64,000 nucleotides of DNA from Bryobacterales bacterium (GCA_963422375.2 OY729427.2:1344001-1408000); one strand, 5' to 3'. Shown: positions 17,917 through 28,339, counted from the first letter of the stretch. Program-made: numbers and translations. The notes: generated by a model from the letters alone, not told the origin.

Positions 17917-19602
17917 CTAGTCCGGCAGGGCGCTGCCCGTGCCTTCGCGGAGCGTCGCTACCTCGCCCGTTCCAAGCGCGGGGAATCTCTCTCTCCGCCC
18001 GCCCGGCCACCAGACCTCCGCTGACCGGACCGGCGGCGCCCCGTTCAGTCCGAAGTGGACCGCCGCCTCGCTCGCGCTCAGGTAGCTGCCGTCGGCGTGC
18101 AGCCGACGCCACAGCGTACCCCCGTCCTCCAAGCGCAGGCCGACCTTCGCGCCGAGACCGTCCGGGTTGCCGCCCTTGGCGGCCAGCTTGACCCGCACCC
18201 AGGCGTTCCCGCCCGTCTGGTTCAGGTACAGTCGCGCGGGGCCGTTGTTGTTGGAAACCACCACGTCGAGATCCCCGTCCGAGTCCACGTCCCCCGTGGC
18301 AACGCCCCGGCTCACCGCCGGGGCAACGGTGCCCCACGCCCCCGTCCCGGGCAGCACCTGAAAGCCGCTTTCGGTGCCCCGGAAGTACTGGTTGTCCTGC
18401 AGGAAGGGATAGGGCTGCCCGCGCAGGGTCTCCATGACCGTGACGGCCCCGTTGGCGATGAACACGTCCAGACGCCCGTCATGGTCGAAATCGGCCCACG
18501 AAAGCCCGAATCCCGTGTTCGGCAGGCTGTGGCTCGCCAAGCCGAACCGGTTGGTCGCGTCCCGGAACAGGCCGCGACCGTCGTTCAGGTAGAGCGTGTT
18601 CGTTTCGAGCGTGTTGTGCGTCAGCAGCAGGTCGTGGTCGCCGTCCCGGTCGAAGTCCGCGGCGATGACGCCCATGCCGGCCTCGACCCGTCCGTCAGCG
18701 TTCACCGCCGCGCCCGACAGCATCGCGGCGTTCTCGAACCGACCGTCGCCCTGGTTCACCCAAAGCTGGTTCTCCGTGCCGTCGTTGGCCACGTACAGGT
18801 CCGGCAGGCGGTCGCCGTTCAAGTCCGCCGCGACAGCGCCGAGGCCGTTCCCGAACGCAGATCCGAGCCCAGCCTCGGTCGACACGTCACTGAAGCGCCC
18901 GCCGTCGTTGCGGAACAGCCTGTCGGGCACCGGGTTGTAGACGGTCGGATTGCAGTAGTCGCGCGCGCCGACCGGGGAGAAGCACCGCTTGTTGTTGCGC
19001 AGCGTGAAGTCCACGTAATTGGTGAAGAACAGGTCGAGATCCCGGTCTAGGTCGTAGTCGAAGAAGGTCGCGGACGTGCTCCATCTAGGGTCCTGGGGGC
19101 CCTCGACAGCCCTGAATGTGCCGTCCCCGTCATTCCGGAACAGGGCGTTGGGCCCCAAAGCGGTGACGTAGATGTCCGGGTCGCCGTCGGCGTCGTAGTC
19201 GCCCACGGCAGCGCCCATGCCATACCCCTCGAATCGCAGGCCCGCCCTCGCCGTCGCGTCGACGAATGACAGCGCTCCGGCCGGGACGAGCCGGTTCTCG
19301 AACAGGCGGCTGCCCTGGCCGCGGACCGCGCCCTCTTCGAGCGGCGCGCCTTGCAGCAGGAAAACGTCGAGGTCGCCGTCCATGTCGAAATCGGCCAAGG
19401 CCACTCCGGAGCCCATGATCTCGGGCAAGCGGTACTCGTCGCTGGCATCGGCGACGTGACGGAAGACCAAGCCGGTTTCGGCCGCGACCTCGCGGAAGAG
19501 CGCCGGGGCGCCCGGCCGGTCCGCGCCCGGCGGAGCGCCGCATCCAAGCAGCACCGGCAGCAGGCAGGGAAGGACGCTCCGCACCAACGTTGAGTGTGGC
19601 AC
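17917..19602 (-). CDS. CRTAC1-family protein (FG-GAP repeats plus ASPIC/UnbV), probable lipoprotein
   Basis: Repeated D-x-D-x-DGD-x-D motifs, EAGMG, SRGVATGD, GSYLSASE..VHFGL; lipobox LLGC. Start approximate. Confidence 0.9.
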   Translation of the reverse strand: MPHSTLVRSVLPCLLPVLLGCGAPPGADRPGAPALFREVAAETGLVFRHVADASDEYRLPEIMGSGVALADFDMDGDLDVFLLQGAPLEEGAVRGQGSRLFENRLVPAGALSFVDATARAGLRFEGYGMGAAVGDYDADGDPDIYVTALGPNALFRNDGDGTFRAVEGPQDPRWSTSATFFDYDLDRDLDLFFTNYVDFTLRNNKRCFSPVGARDYCNPTVYNPVPDRLFRNDGGRFSDVSTEAGLGSAFGNGLGAVAADLNGDRLPDLYVANDGTENQLWVNQGDGRFENAAMLSGAAVNADGRVEAGMGVIAADFDRDGDHDLLLTHNTLETNTLYLNDGRGLFRDATNRFGLASHSLPNTGFGLSWADFDHDGRLDVFIANGAVTVMETLRGQPYPFLQDNQYFRGTESGFQVLPGTGAWGTVAPAVSRGVATGDVDSDGDLDVVVSNNNGPARLYLNQTGGNAWVRVKLAAKGGNPDGLGAKVGLRLEDGGTLWRRLHADGSYLSASEAAVHFGLNGAPPVRSAEVWWPGGRRERFPALGTGEVATLREGTGSALPD

Positions 19603-19812
19603 GTGGCGAGGCCGGCCCACACGGCAGCGCGCCCGCCATGGCGCGCTCGCCGAGCGCGTCGCGAATCGCTGCTGGCTCGGGCGATTCCCGGCAGCATTCC
19701 GGCCAGCGCCGAGGCTGGAAGCTGCTGCGGGCGAGCTCAGCTCCCGCGCGACCCGGAAGGTCGCATCCGGGATTCGCTGGCCAGCGCAAGCCGAGTATGC
19801 TTGGAATGACTC

Positions 19813-20661
19813 TTGACGCGTTCTGCAGCAGGCCCGAAGCGCCCCCGGCCCGCCGGTCGAATTCTCGCGCTGGCGGCGTGCCTCGCCGTCACGCCCCTCG
19901 CGGCCCAGGAGGCGACGCTGATCGTCACCGTCGTCGACGAGCGCACGGGAGAGACCCAGACCGGGCTGGGCCCGGAACGCTTCGCGGTCACCGACGGCGA
20001 CGTTCGGCTGCGGGTGGTGTCCGCGACCCCGTTGCGCGCGCCGGTCGACGTACTGCTGCTGGTCGACACGAGCATAGTCGGGGAGATGGCTCGCCCGCTG
20101 GCCGAGGCTCTGATCGAGGAGCTGGGCGAGGGCGAGGCCATGGCCCTCGTGGGCTACCACGAAGCGGCCGAGCTGCTGCAGGACTTCACCTTCGACAGGC
20201 AGTCCCTGCGCGAGGCGCTGGACCGCACCGATTACGGAAACGTCCCACGACTGCATGACGCGCTGTTCGCCTCGATCGACGGGGGCTTCGACGCGAGCGC
20301 CAGCCGCAAGGCGGTCGTCCTGGCCTCGTCGGGAACGGCAGCGCGCGGGCGCGTGTCGGAAGCGCAAGTCATCGACGCGGCGAGGGCGAGGGGGGTCTCC
20401 GTATTCCCGGCCTTCCAGAGGAACGACGCGCGCGCCATGCTCAGGCGAATCGCGCTGCAGACGGGAGGAGCGGCCTTCGCCGCCCGCCGACTCAAGCTGG
20501 AGCCGCGGTCGCTGGCGAAACGAATCCTCGAAGCGGTTCGCAGCCCCTACGAGCTGGCCGTGACCGGCGTCTTCACCTTGGGCGACCGCATCAAGGCAAC
20601 CGCCGATGTCGGCGAGCGATCCAAGACGCGCCTTTCGGCATCGGTCCTGCCCGTCGACTGA
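19813..20661 (+). CDS. VWA-domain exported protein (Acidobacterial VWFA-related)
   Basis: Signal peptide, VTVVD, VLLLVDTS, LLQDFT, LHDAL, RKAVVL, IALQTGG. Confidence 0.75.
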   Translation: MTRSAAGPKRPRPAGRILALAACLAVTPLAAQEATLIVTVVDERTGETQTGLGPERFAVTDGDVRLRVVSATPLRAPVDVLLLVDTSIVGEMARPLAEALIEELGEGEAMALVGYHEAAELLQDFTFDRQSLREALDRTDYGNVPRLHDALFASIDGGFDASASRKAVVLASSGTAARGRVSEAQVIDAARARGVSVFPAFQRNDARAMLRRIALQTGGAAFAARRLKLEPRSLAKRILEAVRSPYELAVTGVFTLGDRIKATADVGERSKTRLSASVLPVD

Positions 20662-20680
20662 CCGGCAGCGACCGCGACGG

Positions 20681-21574
20681 CTACGTTCCCCGCGGGCCGT
20701 CCTTCGGGGTCGCCAGATAGCCCTCGATTACGTTGTTGTCGATCTTGTTCACAACGATCTCGAAGGGAGTCCGCGCCCCCTGCACGTAGAACTGCACGGG
20801 CTCGAGCAGCGTCTTGCGCCGCTTCACGATGCGCTTGTCGTCCGCCCAGAGCTCGATGGAATACCGGTTCCGCCTGCGGTCGGTGCCGCTGAGCTTGATG
20901 CTGACAGGGCCCACGCGCTGAGGCTTCTTGGTCTTGCCGAGATTGAACTCGTAGTAGTTCCGCTCGCCGAGCCGCTTGAGCGCGGCCAGCTCATCGCCGT
21001 TGGTCGCGATCAGCCCGCTCTGCACCCCTAGGTCACCCTTCACGCTGGTGAGTTCCACGATGGTCTTTTCCAGCTCCTCGCGCGTGTCCTCGAGTTCTTG
21101 GTTGACCGTGTCCACGCGCCCGCCCAAGGCGGTCACCTCGGTCTTGGTGGACTCCTGGAAGTCCGCCAGCTGGCCGCCGACCTCCGACAGCTTGGCCTCG
21201 CTCGTCTCGCGGGTCGCCTCGAGCTCCTCCTGCAGCGACTCGGTCCGGCTCCGCACCCTCGACTCGACCTCGCGCGCGCGGACGTCGATCTGCTCCTCGG
21301 CGGACTCCACCATCTCCTTGACGGCGCCGACTTGCGTGGCTAGCTCGGTGCTGGTCCGCGCCACGTTGCCGTCCAGCTTCGAGAGGCGCTCGTCCTGCGT
21401 GTCAAGGCGCCCGGCGGTCTCGGCGCGGAAGTCCTTGAGCTGGAGCAGAGTGTACACGTGGGCTCCGGCCAGCAGCGCGATCGCTACCAATAGGATGATC
21501 GAAACGGGCGTCACGCCGCTCTCGCCCGCGCTGCGGGGGAGGCGTGAAGCGGCTGAGTCGGGTCGGTCTGTCAT
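20681..21574 (-). CDS. Membrane-anchored coiled-coil protein of unknown function
   Basis: N-terminal TM helix, long heptad region, globular C-terminus (LGERNYYEF...EPVQFYV...GYLATPK). Confidence 0.75.
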   Translation of the reverse strand: MTDRPDSAASRLPRSAGESGVTPVSIILLVAIALLAGAHVYTLLQLKDFRAETAGRLDTQDERLSKLDGNVARTSTELATQVGAVKEMVESAEEQIDVRAREVESRVRSRTESLQEELEATRETSEAKLSEVGGQLADFQESTKTEVTALGGRVDTVNQELEDTREELEKTIVELTSVKGDLGVQSGLIATNGDELAALKRLGERNYYEFNLGKTKKPQRVGPVSIKLSGTDRRRNRYSIELWADDKRIVKRRKTLLEPVQFYVQGARTPFEIVVNKIDNNVIEGYLATPKDGPRGT

Positions 21575-21760
21575 AGCGTTCCAGTCTTCTGGCTCGGACT
21601 TGCGCTCTTCGGTTATTCTACTACCTGCGAGCGGGGCAGGCGAGTGCCGTATGCTCGGACGCGCCAGCGCACCGCGGCCGTTACACCAGATCGCCGCTCC
21701 CGACGACATTTCCAGGCGCGCGCGGTACGCACGTACCGCCAACTTCGAGAGGCAGTGCCA

Positions 21761-22438
21761 GTGAGAGCTACCATTTTCATCGCGGCCGCGACCCTGCTCG
21801 CGGCTATTCCGTCGCAGGCCTCCGCCGGCGACTGGACCGACCTGTTCGACGGCAAGACACTGAACGGCTGGGTCCAGCGCAACGGGTTCGCGACCTACCG
21901 CGTCGAGGACGGCGCGATCGTGGGGCGCACCTCCGCCGGCAGCCCCAACTCCTTCCTCTGCACGACCACTCACTTCGGCGACTTCGAGCTGGAGTTCGAG
22001 GTCAGGGTCGACGACCGGCTCAATTCCGGCGTTATGATCCGATCCTCCCAGAAGACGGCGGCCACAGGCGCGGGGCGCAACAACGCCATCGGGAGAGTCT
22101 ACGGCCCCCAGGTCGAGATCGAGGCGAGCGGAGAGAGCGGCGCCGAGTCCGGCTACGTGTACGGCGAGGCCACCGGGCGCGGCTGGCTGACCCCCCAGGA
22201 CAGGCTCGTGCCGCACAAGACGATGCGCGACGGCGAGTGGAACAGCGTCCGCGTCGTGGCGCAAGGCCCCCGCATCCAGACGTGGATCAACGGCCAGGCC
22301 GTCGAGGATCTCACCGACGAGAAAGCCTACGAGACGCACAAGGGTGGCTTCATCGGCCTGCAGGTGCATGGCATCCGCGCAGGCACGGGCCCGTTCGAGG
22401 TCGCGTGGCGGAAGATCCGGATCCGCCCGCTGAACTAG
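21761..22438 (+). CDS. DUF1080 / 3-keto-disaccharide hydrolase family protein
   Basis: LFDGKTLNGW, FGDFELEFE, NSGVMIR, GPQVEI, GEWN, GFIGLQVH, WRKIRI; GAGAGG RBS. Confidence 0.9.
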   Translation: MRATIFIAAATLLAAIPSQASAGDWTDLFDGKTLNGWVQRNGFATYRVEDGAIVGRTSAGSPNSFLCTTTHFGDFELEFEVRVDDRLNSGVMIRSSQKTAATGAGRNNAIGRVYGPQVEIEASGESGAESGYVYGEATGRGWLTPQDRLVPHKTMRDGEWNSVRVVAQGPRIQTWINGQAVEDLTDEKAYETHKGGFIGLQVHGIRAGTGPFEVAWRKIRIRPLN

Positions 22439-22470
22439 CCCGCGCGGCGCGTGCGGGCGCGCACGGTCCG

Positions 22471-23628
22471 ATGCAGGCACGCGAAGTCGGTCGGAGCTTC
22501 CTGCGGCACTTGGCGCGCGTCAAGGCGGCCACGCGCTTCGGACGGCGTATCACGCCGCCGTTCGTGACGCTGTACGTCACGACCCGCTGCGACGAGAAGT
22601 GCATCCACTGCTTCTACTGGGACGAGCTCAATCCGCGGCCGAACCGCGACTTCTCGCTCCGCGAGTTCGACCGCACCCTGGCGTCGATGGGCGAGATCTT
22701 CAACCTCTTCATCGGCGGGGGCGAGCCGTTCCTGCGGGCCGACCTGGCCGACATCGTGCTGGCCGCCCGGCGGAGAACCCGCGTCGCGAACGTCTACGTC
22801 CCCACGAACGGCCAGCACGCGGCCCGGGTGGTCTCGACGCTCGCGCGAGTGCTCCCGCAAGAGCCCGCCCTGCGGTTCCACCTGAACCTCAGCGTCGACC
22901 ACGTGGACGAGGAGGCGCACGATCGCATTCGCGGCCGGGCGGGTGCCTTCCGGCGGCTGCTCGCGACCGCCGCGGCGGTCGCGCCCTTGCGGCGCGAGCA
23001 CCCGAACCTGATCCTTCACACGCTGACGACCGTCATGCGCGACAACCAAGCCGACATTCTGCGGATCCACGACGAGCTGCTCCGCCTGTTCGAACCGGAC
23101 GGCACGTCCTACAACTACTGCCGCGGGAACCCGCTCGACCCGGCGCAGACCGAGGTGGACGCCGCGATCTACCGGCAGCTCGCGGAGCGCGTGCGGGCCG
23201 ACCGGCAGTCCGGGCGCATCCGGCGCAGCGCGTTCGGCGGGTCGAACCACGCTCTCGACGAGCAAGTGCGCCGGAGCGTCGAGCGCACCGTGACACGGCA
23301 GCAGGCGCAGTTCTCGTGCGTCTCCGGCAGGCTGGCCTGCGTGATCTACAGCAACGGCGACGTCACCGAGTGCGAAACCAAGAACTCGCGCATCGGAAAC
23401 CTGCGGGAGGCGGGGTACGACTTCCCTTCGATCTGGTTCGGCGACCGGGCCCGGGCGGTCGCGGCAGAGGCCGCGGACGGCTGCTTCTGCACGCACGAGT
23501 GCGGCCACTACGCCTCGACCATCTACAGCCCGGCGCTGGTCGCGAGAGTCGCCGCGCGATCGGCCATCGCGAAATTTGCGCCGACCCGCCGGGCCGGAGG
23601 GGGCGACCGGCCGCGCGAGGACTCCTGA
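22471..23628 (+). CDS. Radical SAM protein with C-terminal SPASM/Twitch-type cysteines
   Basis: CDEKCIHC (CxxxCxxC), GGEPFLR, C..G...I.SNGDV..CE, CFCTHEC. Confidence 0.85.
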   Translation: MQAREVGRSFLRHLARVKAATRFGRRITPPFVTLYVTTRCDEKCIHCFYWDELNPRPNRDFSLREFDRTLASMGEIFNLFIGGGEPFLRADLADIVLAARRRTRVANVYVPTNGQHAARVVSTLARVLPQEPALRFHLNLSVDHVDEEAHDRIRGRAGAFRRLLATAAAVAPLRREHPNLILHTLTTVMRDNQADILRIHDELLRLFEPDGTSYNYCRGNPLDPAQTEVDAAIYRQLAERVRADRQSGRIRRSAFGGSNHALDEQVRRSVERTVTRQQAQFSCVSGRLACVIYSNGDVTECETKNSRIGNLREAGYDFPSIWFGDRARAVAAEAADGCFCTHECGHYASTIYSPALVARVAARSAIAKFAPTRRAGGGDRPREDS

Positions 23629-23724
23629 GCGCATCGGGGCTTGCCGGGCCTGTCTCCGGCGAGACGGACTCCTCCGGGGAACGCCTTGCCGTCAGCGCGC
23701 TCCGGCCGCCGGGCCAATTCCGCG

Positions 23725-23753
23725 TTGACTCGCGGTTCCGCCTGTTATACGAT
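23725..23753 (+). promoter_or_regulatory. Candidate sigma70 promoter of cysE
   Basis: TTGACT-N17-TACGAT. Confidence 0.55.
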
Positions 23754-23878
23754 GCTAGGAGGCGCTGGCGCTCCTCGCTTGCCATGTCGACCGCCCGGTT
23801 CACTCCCTGCCGCTGTACCGGGCCGGCCTAGGTCCGGCCCTTCCCCCGTTCCAGTCGCAGTCCCAGCCGGAGGTCGAG

Positions 23879-24562
23879 GTGTTCCTCGGGATTCGAGAGC
23901 AGATACAGACCGTCTTCAAGCACGACCCCGCTGCCAAGAGCGCCTTGGAGGTCGTGCTGTGCTACCCGGGCGTCCACGCGATCTTCGCGCATCGCGTGGC
24001 CCATCGCCTGTATCGGGCGCGCCGGTTCGTCCTAGCGCGCCTGCTGTCGCACCTGGCGCGCATGCTGACGGGCATCGAGATCCATCCGGGAGCCACCATC
24101 GGACGGCGGTTCTTCATCGACCACGGCATGGGCGTGGTGATCGGCGAGACCGCTCTGATCGGGGACGACGTCCTGCTCTACCAAGGCGTCACCCTCGGAG
24201 GAACCGGCCACGGCATGGGGCGGCGCCACCCGACCCTCGGCGATCACGTCGTCGTCGGCTCGGGCGCCAAGGTGCTGGGCGACATCCGGCTGGGCGAGTG
24301 GGTCAAGGTCGGCGCCGGATCGGTCGTGGTCAAGAGCGTACCGGCGCATGCCACGGTGGTCGGGATCCCGGGCCGCGTCGTCGCCCTCCGAGGCGTCGCC
24401 GTCAACCGGGACGAATGGCAAATGCTCAACCACGGCGAACTGCCCGATCCCGTCGGCCAAACGCTGGCCGACCTGCACGAACGCCTGTCGCTGGTCGAGG
24501 CCGACATCGGCATCCAACGGGCCCCGGGACCGGGCCTGGAGGCGATCGTCCCTAGCGGCTGA
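23879..24562 (+). CDS. cysE: Serine O-acetyltransferase
   Basis: DPAA....[53 protein letters not shown]. Confidence 0.95.
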   Translation: MFLGIREQIQTVFKHDPAAKSALEVVLCYPGVHAIFAHRVAHRLYRARRFVLARLLSHLARMLTGIEIHPGATIGRRFFIDHGMGVVIGETALIGDDVLLYQGVTLGGTGHGMGRRHPTLGDHVVVGSGAKVLGDIRLGEWVKVGAGSVVVKSVPAHATVVGIPGRVVALRGVAVNRDEWQMLNHGELPDPVGQTLADLHERLSLVEADIGIQRAPGPGLEAIVPSG

Positions 24563-24596
24563 CCCGCGTGAGTCGCGGGCGCAGCAGGCCCGCGAC

Positions 24597-24797
24597 TCAC
24601 GCGGTCGTCGTCGATTCCTCCTCGACCGGAGGCAGGCCCAGGTCCGTCGGATCCATGGCTTCGATGGGAGGCCCGGCACCGTCCGACGAGCGCATGGCCT
24701 TCCGCTGCTGCTTCTTCTCCTCCTTGTCGCGCCGCTTGTTGGCGCGCGCGAGCTCCTTGAGGCGCTTCTGGAATCTAGTGTTTGATCGACTGGCCAA
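24597..24797 (-). CDS. Small basic protein (66 aa)
   Basis: TTG start after GGAGG; FQKRLKELARANKRRDKEEKKQQRK basic helix followed by an acidic tail. Confidence 0.7.
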   Translation of the reverse strand: MASRSNTRFQKRLKELARANKRRDKEEKKQQRKAMRSSDGAGPPIEAMDPTDLGLPPVEEESTTTA

Positions 24798-24947
24798 GGC
24801 CTTGCCCTCCCGGCGTTGGAACGCGACTCGGCACCCAATGCGGAACGCGACCGCCGCTGTCCGACCGAGCCGAGCCCATATTATTACAGACCGTCACATT
24901 CCTGCCGCCCGGCCCAGGCGGGAGCCGGGGACGCAGCCGACGGTCGG

Positions 24948-25085
24948 CTAGTCGCGACGGGAGCGGCGGGAGCGGCGCTTGGCCCGGATCTCCTTCAGTT
25001 TCGATTTCTTGCGCTTGGGCTTGCTGATGCGGAAGGTTCCGCTGCCCAGGTACTCTGCGGAGTAGGTGCCGTGCTTGCCAGCCAT
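24948..25085 (-). CDS. Small very basic protein (45 aa), not in the ORF track
   Basis: MAGKHGTYSAEYLGSGTFRISKPKRKKSKLKEIRAKRRSRRSRRD; ATG 25085, TAG 24948-24950; codons almost all end in G/C. Confidence 0.6.
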   Translation of the reverse strand: MAGKHGTYSAEYLGSGTFRISKPKRKKSKLKEIRAKRRSRRSRRD

Positions 25086-25161
25086 GTGTCGGGCCTACTC
25101 TCCAGCATAGCGCAAGCACCCCGCCGCAGGTCCCGACCTATACTGGAGCTTTCCGTCCCTC

Positions 25162-26616
25162 ATGGCCTTCCCCCGCGTGGCGCGCATGCGCACGGTCGAC
25201 GCCTTCCGCGCGCGCTGCGCGGAGCTGGGCCTCGCGATCCAAGCCGAGGACGGGGTCGAGACCGCGCCGCGCTCCCCGCTCGCCCGCAGCGCCAACGTCG
25301 CGGGGAAGACCCTCGGCAACCGCTTCGCCATCCATCCCATGGAGGGCTGGGACGGGGAATCCGACGGCAGCCCGAGCGAGCTCGTGCGCCGGCGCTGGCG
25401 CAACTTCGGCCTCAGCGGCGCCAAGTGCCTCTGGGGCGGGGAGGCCATGGCGGTCACGCCCGAGAGCCGCGCCAACCCGCGGCAGCTCGTGATCCAGCGC
25501 TCGACCGAGGACGGCCTGAAGTCCCTGCACGCCGAGCTGCTCGCGACGCACCGCAAGGAGTTCGGCACCACCGACGACCTGCTGACGGGCTTCCAGCTCA
25601 CTCATTCGGGGCGCTTCTCGCGACCGGACGAGTCCGGCCCCAAGCCGCTGATCCTCTACCACCACCCGTTCCTCGACCGGAAGTTCGGCCTGCCGTCGGA
25701 CCACCCGGTCCTGGGCGACGACGAGATCCGCCGGATCATCGACCGGTTCGTCGGGGCCGCCGTCATCGCCGAGCGCTGCGGGGCCGGCTTCGTCGACGTC
25801 AAGCACTGCCACGGCTACCTAGGCCACGAGTTCCTCGGCGCCGTCACGCGGCCCGGGCCCTTCGGCGGGGCGTTCGAGAACCGCACCCGCTTCCTGCGCG
25901 AGACGGTGGCGGGCATTCGCGCGACGACGTCACGCCTGCAGGTCGGCGTCCGGCTCAGCGCCTTCGATTTCGTGCCCTTCCGCCCGGATCCCAGCCGCAG
26001 CGAGGGCAAGCGCCTCGGGCCGGGGATTCCCGAGGACTTCGCGACGTCCCTGCCCTACCGCCACGCCTTCGGAGGCCAAGCCGCAAACCCGGTGGAATAC
26101 GACCTCTCGGACACGTGCAGGTTCCTCGACCTCCTGCAGGAACTGGACATCCGGTTGCTCAACGTCACGGCGGGGAGCCCCTACTACAATCCGCACATCC
26201 AGCGCCCGGCGCTGTTCCCCCCGTCCGACGGCTACCAGCCCCCGGAAGACCCGCTGGTCGGATGCGCGCGCCAGATCGCGGCTACGGCCGAACTCAAGTC
26301 CCGCTACCCGGGCCTGTTCATGATCGGGACGGGCTACAGCTACCTGCAAGAGTTCCTCCCGCATGTCGGCCAGTGGGCCGTGCGCTCTGGCCGCGCCGAC
26401 GCGGTCGGGCTGGGAAGGATGGTGCTGGCCTATCCGACGCTCCCGCGCGACGCCTTGGCGCGCGGCGCACTCGATTCCAAGCGGATCTGCCGCACCTTCA
26501 GCGACTGCACCACCGGGCCGCGCCACGGCTTGGTGTCGGGCTGCTACCCGCTGGACCCGGCCTACAAGCGCCTGCCCGAAGCCGCCATAGTGCGCAAGAT
26601 CAAGGCCTCGCTCTGA
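25162..26616 (+). CDS. NADH:flavin oxidoreductase / Old Yellow Enzyme family
   Basis: NRFAIHPMEG, QLTHSGR, DVKHCHGYLGHEFL, GGAFENRTRF, GLGRM, CRTFSDC. Confidence 0.9.
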   Translation: MAFPRVARMRTVDAFRARCAELGLAIQAEDGVETAPRSPLARSANVAGKTLGNRFAIHPMEGWDGESDGSPSELVRRRWRNFGLSGAKCLWGGEAMAVTPESRANPRQLVIQRSTEDGLKSLHAELLATHRKEFGTTDDLLTGFQLTHSGRFSRPDESGPKPLILYHHPFLDRKFGLPSDHPVLGDDEIRRIIDRFVGAAVIAERCGAGFVDVKHCHGYLGHEFLGAVTRPGPFGGAFENRTRFLRETVAGIRATTSRLQVGVRLSAFDFVPFRPDPSRSEGKRLGPGIPEDFATSLPYRHAFGGQAANPVEYDLSDTCRFLDLLQELDIRLLNVTAGSPYYNPHIQRPALFPPSDGYQPPEDPLVGCARQIAATAELKSRYPGLFMIGTGYSYLQEFLPHVGQWAVRSGRADAVGLGRMVLAYPTLPRDALARGALDSKRICRTFSDCTTGPRHGLVSGCYPLDPAYKRLPEAAIVRKIKASL

Positions 26617-26634
26617 TCCGGGCCGCCCTGACGG

Positions 26635-28239
26635 TCAGGATCCCAAGCGGTCGAAGGGCACCCAGCCGACCTTGGCGCCCCACTCCAGCCAAGCGCCCTC
26701 CATCTCGGCTACGCGCCCCGGCATCTCGCCGGCGAGGTCGCGCAGCTCGCTGCGGTCGGCCTCGATGTCGTAGAGCTCCCACTGCCCGGCGGCGCGCGTG
26801 GCGCGGTCCCGTCGCGCGACGAGCTTCCAGCGGCCCATGCGCACGGCGCGATTCCCCTGGTGCTCCCAGAAAAGGGCGTCGTGCCCCTCGCGGCGGCCGG
26901 TCTCGAAGACCGGCCGCAGGCTCCTGCCCTCGAGGGGGACGATGGCCTTGCCGCCGCGCTCGCGCGGGTACTCGGCGCCGGCCAAGTCGATGCAGGTGGC
27001 GAGCAGGTCGATGACGTGCCCGGGCGCGTCGGTGACCGACCCGGCGGGCACCTTGATGCCGGCCGGCCAGTGGCACACCAACGGGGAGGAGATGCCGCCC
27101 TCGTGCAGCCAGCTCTTGAACATGCGGAAGGGGGTGTTGCTGGCGTTGGCCCAGGGGCGGTCGTAGCCGTCGAACGAATCCGGCCCCCCCGGCATGGCGT
27201 CCGGGTCGCCCCAGGTGTTGCGAGGCGTGCCCTGCTCGATGTCGGCGCTCTCGTGGCAGCCGCCGTTGTCGGAGAGAAACAGGATCAGGGTGTTGTCGAG
27301 CTTGCCTAGGTCGCGAATCGCGCGGACCACCTGTCCGACTCCCTGGTCCAAGCAGTCGACCATGGCAGCGTAGACCTTCATGCGCTGCTCCCATCGCGGC
27401 TTGTCCCCCGAGTCCTCCCAGGCGGGCACGTCGGGGTCGCGCTCGCTCAGCTGCCAGCTGTCCGCGCGGATGCCGGTCTCCGCCTGGCGGGCGAAGCGCT
27501 GCCGCCGCAGATCGTCCCAGCCCATGCCGTACCGGCCCGCGTACTTCGCGATGTCGTCGGGCTTGGCGTGGAGTGGCCAGTGCGGCGCGGTGTAGGCGAG
27601 ATAGAGGAAGAAGGGTGTGTCGCCGGGCCCGTGCCGCTCGAGGAAGCTCACGGCGCTGTCGCTAAAGGCGTCCGTCATGTAGAACGACCCGTCCTCGGGC
27701 GGCGTCCAGGGATCGTTGCCCGCGGCCATCTGCCGTGCGCCGTCTAGCTTGAAGTAGTTCGAGCCGCCGCTGATCAGGCCGAAGTACTCGTCGAACCCGC
27801 GGTCCGCGGGCCAGTGCGGCCTCGACTCGCCGACGTGCCACTTCCCCGACATGAGCGTCGCGTAGCCCGCTTCCCCGAGGACTTCCGCGATGGTGACGCA
27901 GCGGTCGTTGAGGTAGCCCTGGTAGGCCGGGCTGCCGCGGTCACCGATCATATGCCCCACGCCGGCCTGGTGCGAGTAGAGTCCCGTCAGCAGGGAGGCC
28001 CGCGTCGGGCAGCAGCGCCCGGCGTTGTAGAACTGGCGGAAGCGCAGCCCGCCGGCGGCCAGCGCGTCCAGATTGGGCGTCGCGATCTCCCCGCCGTAGC
28101 TTCCGATGTCCGAGAAGCCCATGTCGTCGGCCATGATGATGACGATGTTGGGCCGGTCGGGACCGTCGGTCCGGGGCCCCGCGCCACAGCCCGCCAGGGC
28201 CGCTCCGCCGAGGGCGTGCAGGAAGGTCCGCCGATCCAT
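26635..28239 (-). CDS. Arylsulfatase (Cys-type), Tat-exported
   Basis: MDRRTFL; ADDMGFSD, CCPTRASLLTG, GKWH, APHWP, SDNG, EGGI. Confidence 0.93.
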   Translation of the reverse strand: MDRRTFLHALGGAALAGCGAGPRTDGPDRPNIVIIMADDMGFSDIGSYGGEIATPNLDALAAGGLRFRQFYNAGRCCPTRASLLTGLYSHQAGVGHMIGDRGSPAYQGYLNDRCVTIAEVLGEAGYATLMSGKWHVGESRPHWPADRGFDEYFGLISGGSNYFKLDGARQMAAGNDPWTPPEDGSFYMTDAFSDSAVSFLERHGPGDTPFFLYLAYTAPHWPLHAKPDDIAKYAGRYGMGWDDLRRQRFARQAETGIRADSWQLSERDPDVPAWEDSGDKPRWEQRMKVYAAMVDCLDQGVGQVVRAIRDLGKLDNTLILFLSDNGGCHESADIEQGTPRNTWGDPDAMPGGPDSFDGYDRPWANASNTPFRMFKSWLHEGGISSPLVCHWPAGIKVPAGSVTDAPGHVIDLLATCIDLAGAEYPRERGGKAIVPLEGRSLRPVFETGRREGHDALFWEHQGNRAVRMGRWKLVARRDRATRAAGQWELYDIEADRSELRDLAGEMPGRVAEMEGAWLEWGAKVGWVPFDRLGS

Positions 28240-28339
28240 CGCTTGCTGCGTCACGCAATCGAGTATGCCGGAAGGCCCGCTCGCCGGGCAAGGGCCGCGC
28301 CGCTCGCTCCGGGCCGCGGCTCGAAAGCCCCCTGGCCGA

